A DNA stretch of 64,000 nt, taken from contig JAWMAR010000351.1 in the NCBI GenBank assembly GCA_036785375.1, forward strand, positions 310,001-374,000, in the 5' to 3' direction. Shown piece after piece: positions 61,433 to 64,000 of this stretch. The notes beneath the pieces were generated by a model. The model saw only the letters and a list, made by a program, of their open reading frames with translations, was not told the origin of the DNA and searched no databases. Made by a program: the position numbers and the translations under genes. This DNA is from Leucoraja ocellata (taxonomy: Eukaryota). How positions within the stretch are numbered: position 1 is the stretch's first letter; every line of letters starts with the position of its first letter.

Positions 61433-61678
61433 TAGCTCGAGAGCTGATGTTCCTGCTGATGCTCTGACTAGGGAATAAACCCATGAATTTCCTATCCGAT
61501 AATACAGTAGAGATAGGGTTTTGTGAAAATTTTTAATTAAGATAGAGGGTTTAGGAAAGGCAGCAGAATTCATGACCTTTTCTTGTGGAGTAATTAAAAT
61601 TGGGGATACTATAGGTGCTTGGTGAAATATATTTCACATGATTTTAGTTACATTTGTTTCTTGTTTCATATTTCGTAG

Positions 61679-61755
61679 GTGAGAAAGAAAACAGTTTGAA
61701 GACAGATGATTATGGCCGTGATCTCTCCTCTGTACAAACGTTGCTGACTAAGCAG
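61679..61755 (+). CDS. SPTAN1: SPTAN1 exon 47
   Basis: EKENSLKTDDYGRDLSSVQTLLTKQ; 77 nt. Confidence 0.96.
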
Positions 61756-63521
61756 GTATTTGGCAAGTTACAATGTTTCATTTTGGCCCTTCAAATTTCA
61801 GACCATTTTACAGGTTTTTGGTTTAGGGGTATGAGATGGCAGGAGGAGATAAGAGATGTTTAGATATAGCAGAGTTTCCTATAGCTTTGTGGGAAGATTG
61901 ACATCAGGGAAGAACTGTTTATATTTGCCTTTATTTATTAATTTGAACCAATATTATCTTGGTCTAAATAAAAACCAAATTATTGCAAACATTTTGGTCA
62001 GGTAGCATCTATGGACAGGTGGTCAATGTTTTAAGTAAAAAACATCCTTTGTCTGTCGACTTACTGCCTGACCTGCTCAGTGTATAGAATCTTTTCTGTT
62101 TTTATTTTGGATTTCTAGCATATACAATTGTATATACAATATACAATAGCATATACACTTTGTTTTGTTTTATATCCTGCTCGTCATAATTCAGCTTTAA
62201 GTATTCTACTTCTTCCATATTATACAATTATCTTTGATATATCTACTTTATGTCATGAAAACCCTTTGCAAGGGGTCATCTTGTTTTTATAACTTTTTCA
62301 AAGAGGGATTGGATTGCTGACCTAAGGTGAATATGATGCAGTCAGTCTGGCATGTCAAATTGTTTAAATAGCCTGAATCTGGAAATGGGACACAAGGATG
62401 CTTCCAAATTTTCTGGCATCAATGTGCAATTGTATCCTTTAAAGCCTTCAATTAGGAGCTCAGTATTGAAGTTGGGATTGTGTTTGGCAAATCATTAGCA
62501 GGAAGATTGTTGCTTTCATGACTAACACATGCTGTGCTTAATTAGAAAATATGATATTTAGGTTGTAATTCAGTATTAACGAACAAATTTGTAATGTAGT
62601 CAAACATTGGCTTTTTGCTCATAATTTCTGTGATCAGTTACAGTAAAGATATTCATGAAAGTTATTTACCAAATACTGGAAAAAATGCATTTAAATTGTA
62701 AGTTTAGAATCATCAATTAGTGGCTCCCAAGCCATGGATACAGCATGTGCACTACTGCATGGCAGTAAATATGACAAAGCATATGTATATCATGTTAAAT
62801 GTTTTTAATTTTTTAATTTCTATGCCGCTTCTTGCAATTTAGAATTATCCTAAATGACTTTGCTGCTCATGTACTTAATGAAATGTAGAAGTCATGGTGG
62901 TCAATTTGTATATGATATTGTACCATAAATGACTAGGATTTAATACCAATTAAGTTGACATTTTGCCAAATATCTTATTTGAAAACTTGTTGCTCTTTCA
63001 ATTATGAATTGGGGCATGTCTCATCTGAAAAGTAGGACCTAACAATACTGAAATAAAGTATCAGCTGAGATTTTGTTTTCTGTTTTTGAGCATGAGATAG
63101 AATCCCCTACTCTTCATGCTCAGAGACATGACTACTATCCGCTGAGTATGTGCTCATTCCAATTCTAATAATTTCATGTTTTAGTTTGGAGTCTCCCATC
63201 CATTTTAACACTAGATGCACCAGATATATTCTATTCTCTGACTTGTTGCCAGTTGAATTGGCCGCTAATAAGTGGAAAAGACTGGCCAATAAAAAGGTCA
63301 TTGTACCATTTCAACAGTTTGGTGATCTTCAGTTCTCTTATTCCTTTGTATGATCTCCCCTTCCTCAAGCAACCATAATCGAAACAAGAAAAGAAAAATT
63401 AAGCTAGGTTCTTTCATTTATTTGTTTCTCTCTAGCAGTCGATGATCAGTTGGTGAATCATTATCATTACTTCTACCTTAAATTCAATAGACAAAAGGTA
63501 ATATTTTGTTGTCCTCCACAG

Positions 63522-63731
63522 GAAACATTTGATGCTGGACTGCAAGCTTTCCAACAGGAGGGGATTACTAACATTACAGCTCTGAAGGATCAGTTACTGG
63601 CAGCTAAACACATTCAGTCCAAAGCCATTGAAGCACGTCATGCTTCATTAATGAAAAGATGGAATCAGCTGTTGGCCAATTCAGGTGAAAGAAAGAAGAA
63701 ACTACTTGAAGCCCAGGAACATTTCAGAAAA
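63522..63731 (+). CDS. SPTAN1: SPTAN1 exon 48 (last in window)
   Basis: ETFDAGLQAFQQEGITNIT...AQEHFRK; 210 nt. Confidence 0.96.
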
Positions 63732-63769
63732 GTAAATAATTTTAAAATTCTTGTCTCCATGTATACCAT

Positions 63770-64000
63770 TTATGAAGGGCTTTAGTAGAGCAAATGGGAA
63801 GGGATCTGTTTGCCCTAGCTGAAGGACTTAAAAAGTAACGGGTATAGATTTACAGTAATTGATGGAAAGTGAGAGACGTGATGAGGAAACAGTTCATCAT
63901 GAGAGAATGGTGGAGGTGGAAAACTACCGGATGGGTGGTTGTAGCAGAATCGCCTGCAACTTTTTAAGTGCCTAGATATGTATTTGAAGAACTGTTACTC
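63770..64000 (+). mobile_element. CR1 LINE fragment, cut by window end
   Basis: tatgaagggctttagtagag...gagagaatggtggaggtggaaaactacc...cctagatatgtatttgaag. Confidence 0.55.

Overview
Vertebrate genomic DNA, most likely from a cartilaginous fish (skate/ray, inferred from HE1-type V-SINEs, DeuSINE-like, CR1 and Penelope repeats). The window is almost entirely the 5' part of one + strand gene, SPTAN1 (non-erythroid alpha-II spectrin). It has a CpG-rich promoter with a probable non-coding exon 1 near 3.1 kb, an 8.4-kb first intron, and 48 GT-AG coding exons traced by hand (11539-63731, 6288 nt, 2096 codons, frame-consistent). The gene continues past the window end. Both known alternative cassettes are present: the 60-nt SH3 insert and the 15-nt LSKLL microexon. 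Most notable: (1) a family of Penelope-like retroelement pLTRs carrying minimal hammerhead-ribozyme motifs in the introns, one with an intact catalytic core on the pre-mRNA strand and several hit at the CpG containing catalytic G12; (2) two perfect, overlapping inverted duplications in intron 1 that suggest a multi-step template-switch inversion; (3) a near-perfect 93-bp hairpin just after an exon; (4) an extra intron splitting the first coding exon at a position mirrored in an internal paralogous repeat; (5) loss of the Tyr1176 calpain/Src motif while the caspase and calmodulin sites are kept. Exon numbering follows human SPTAN1 as I recall it. No searches or folding programs were run.
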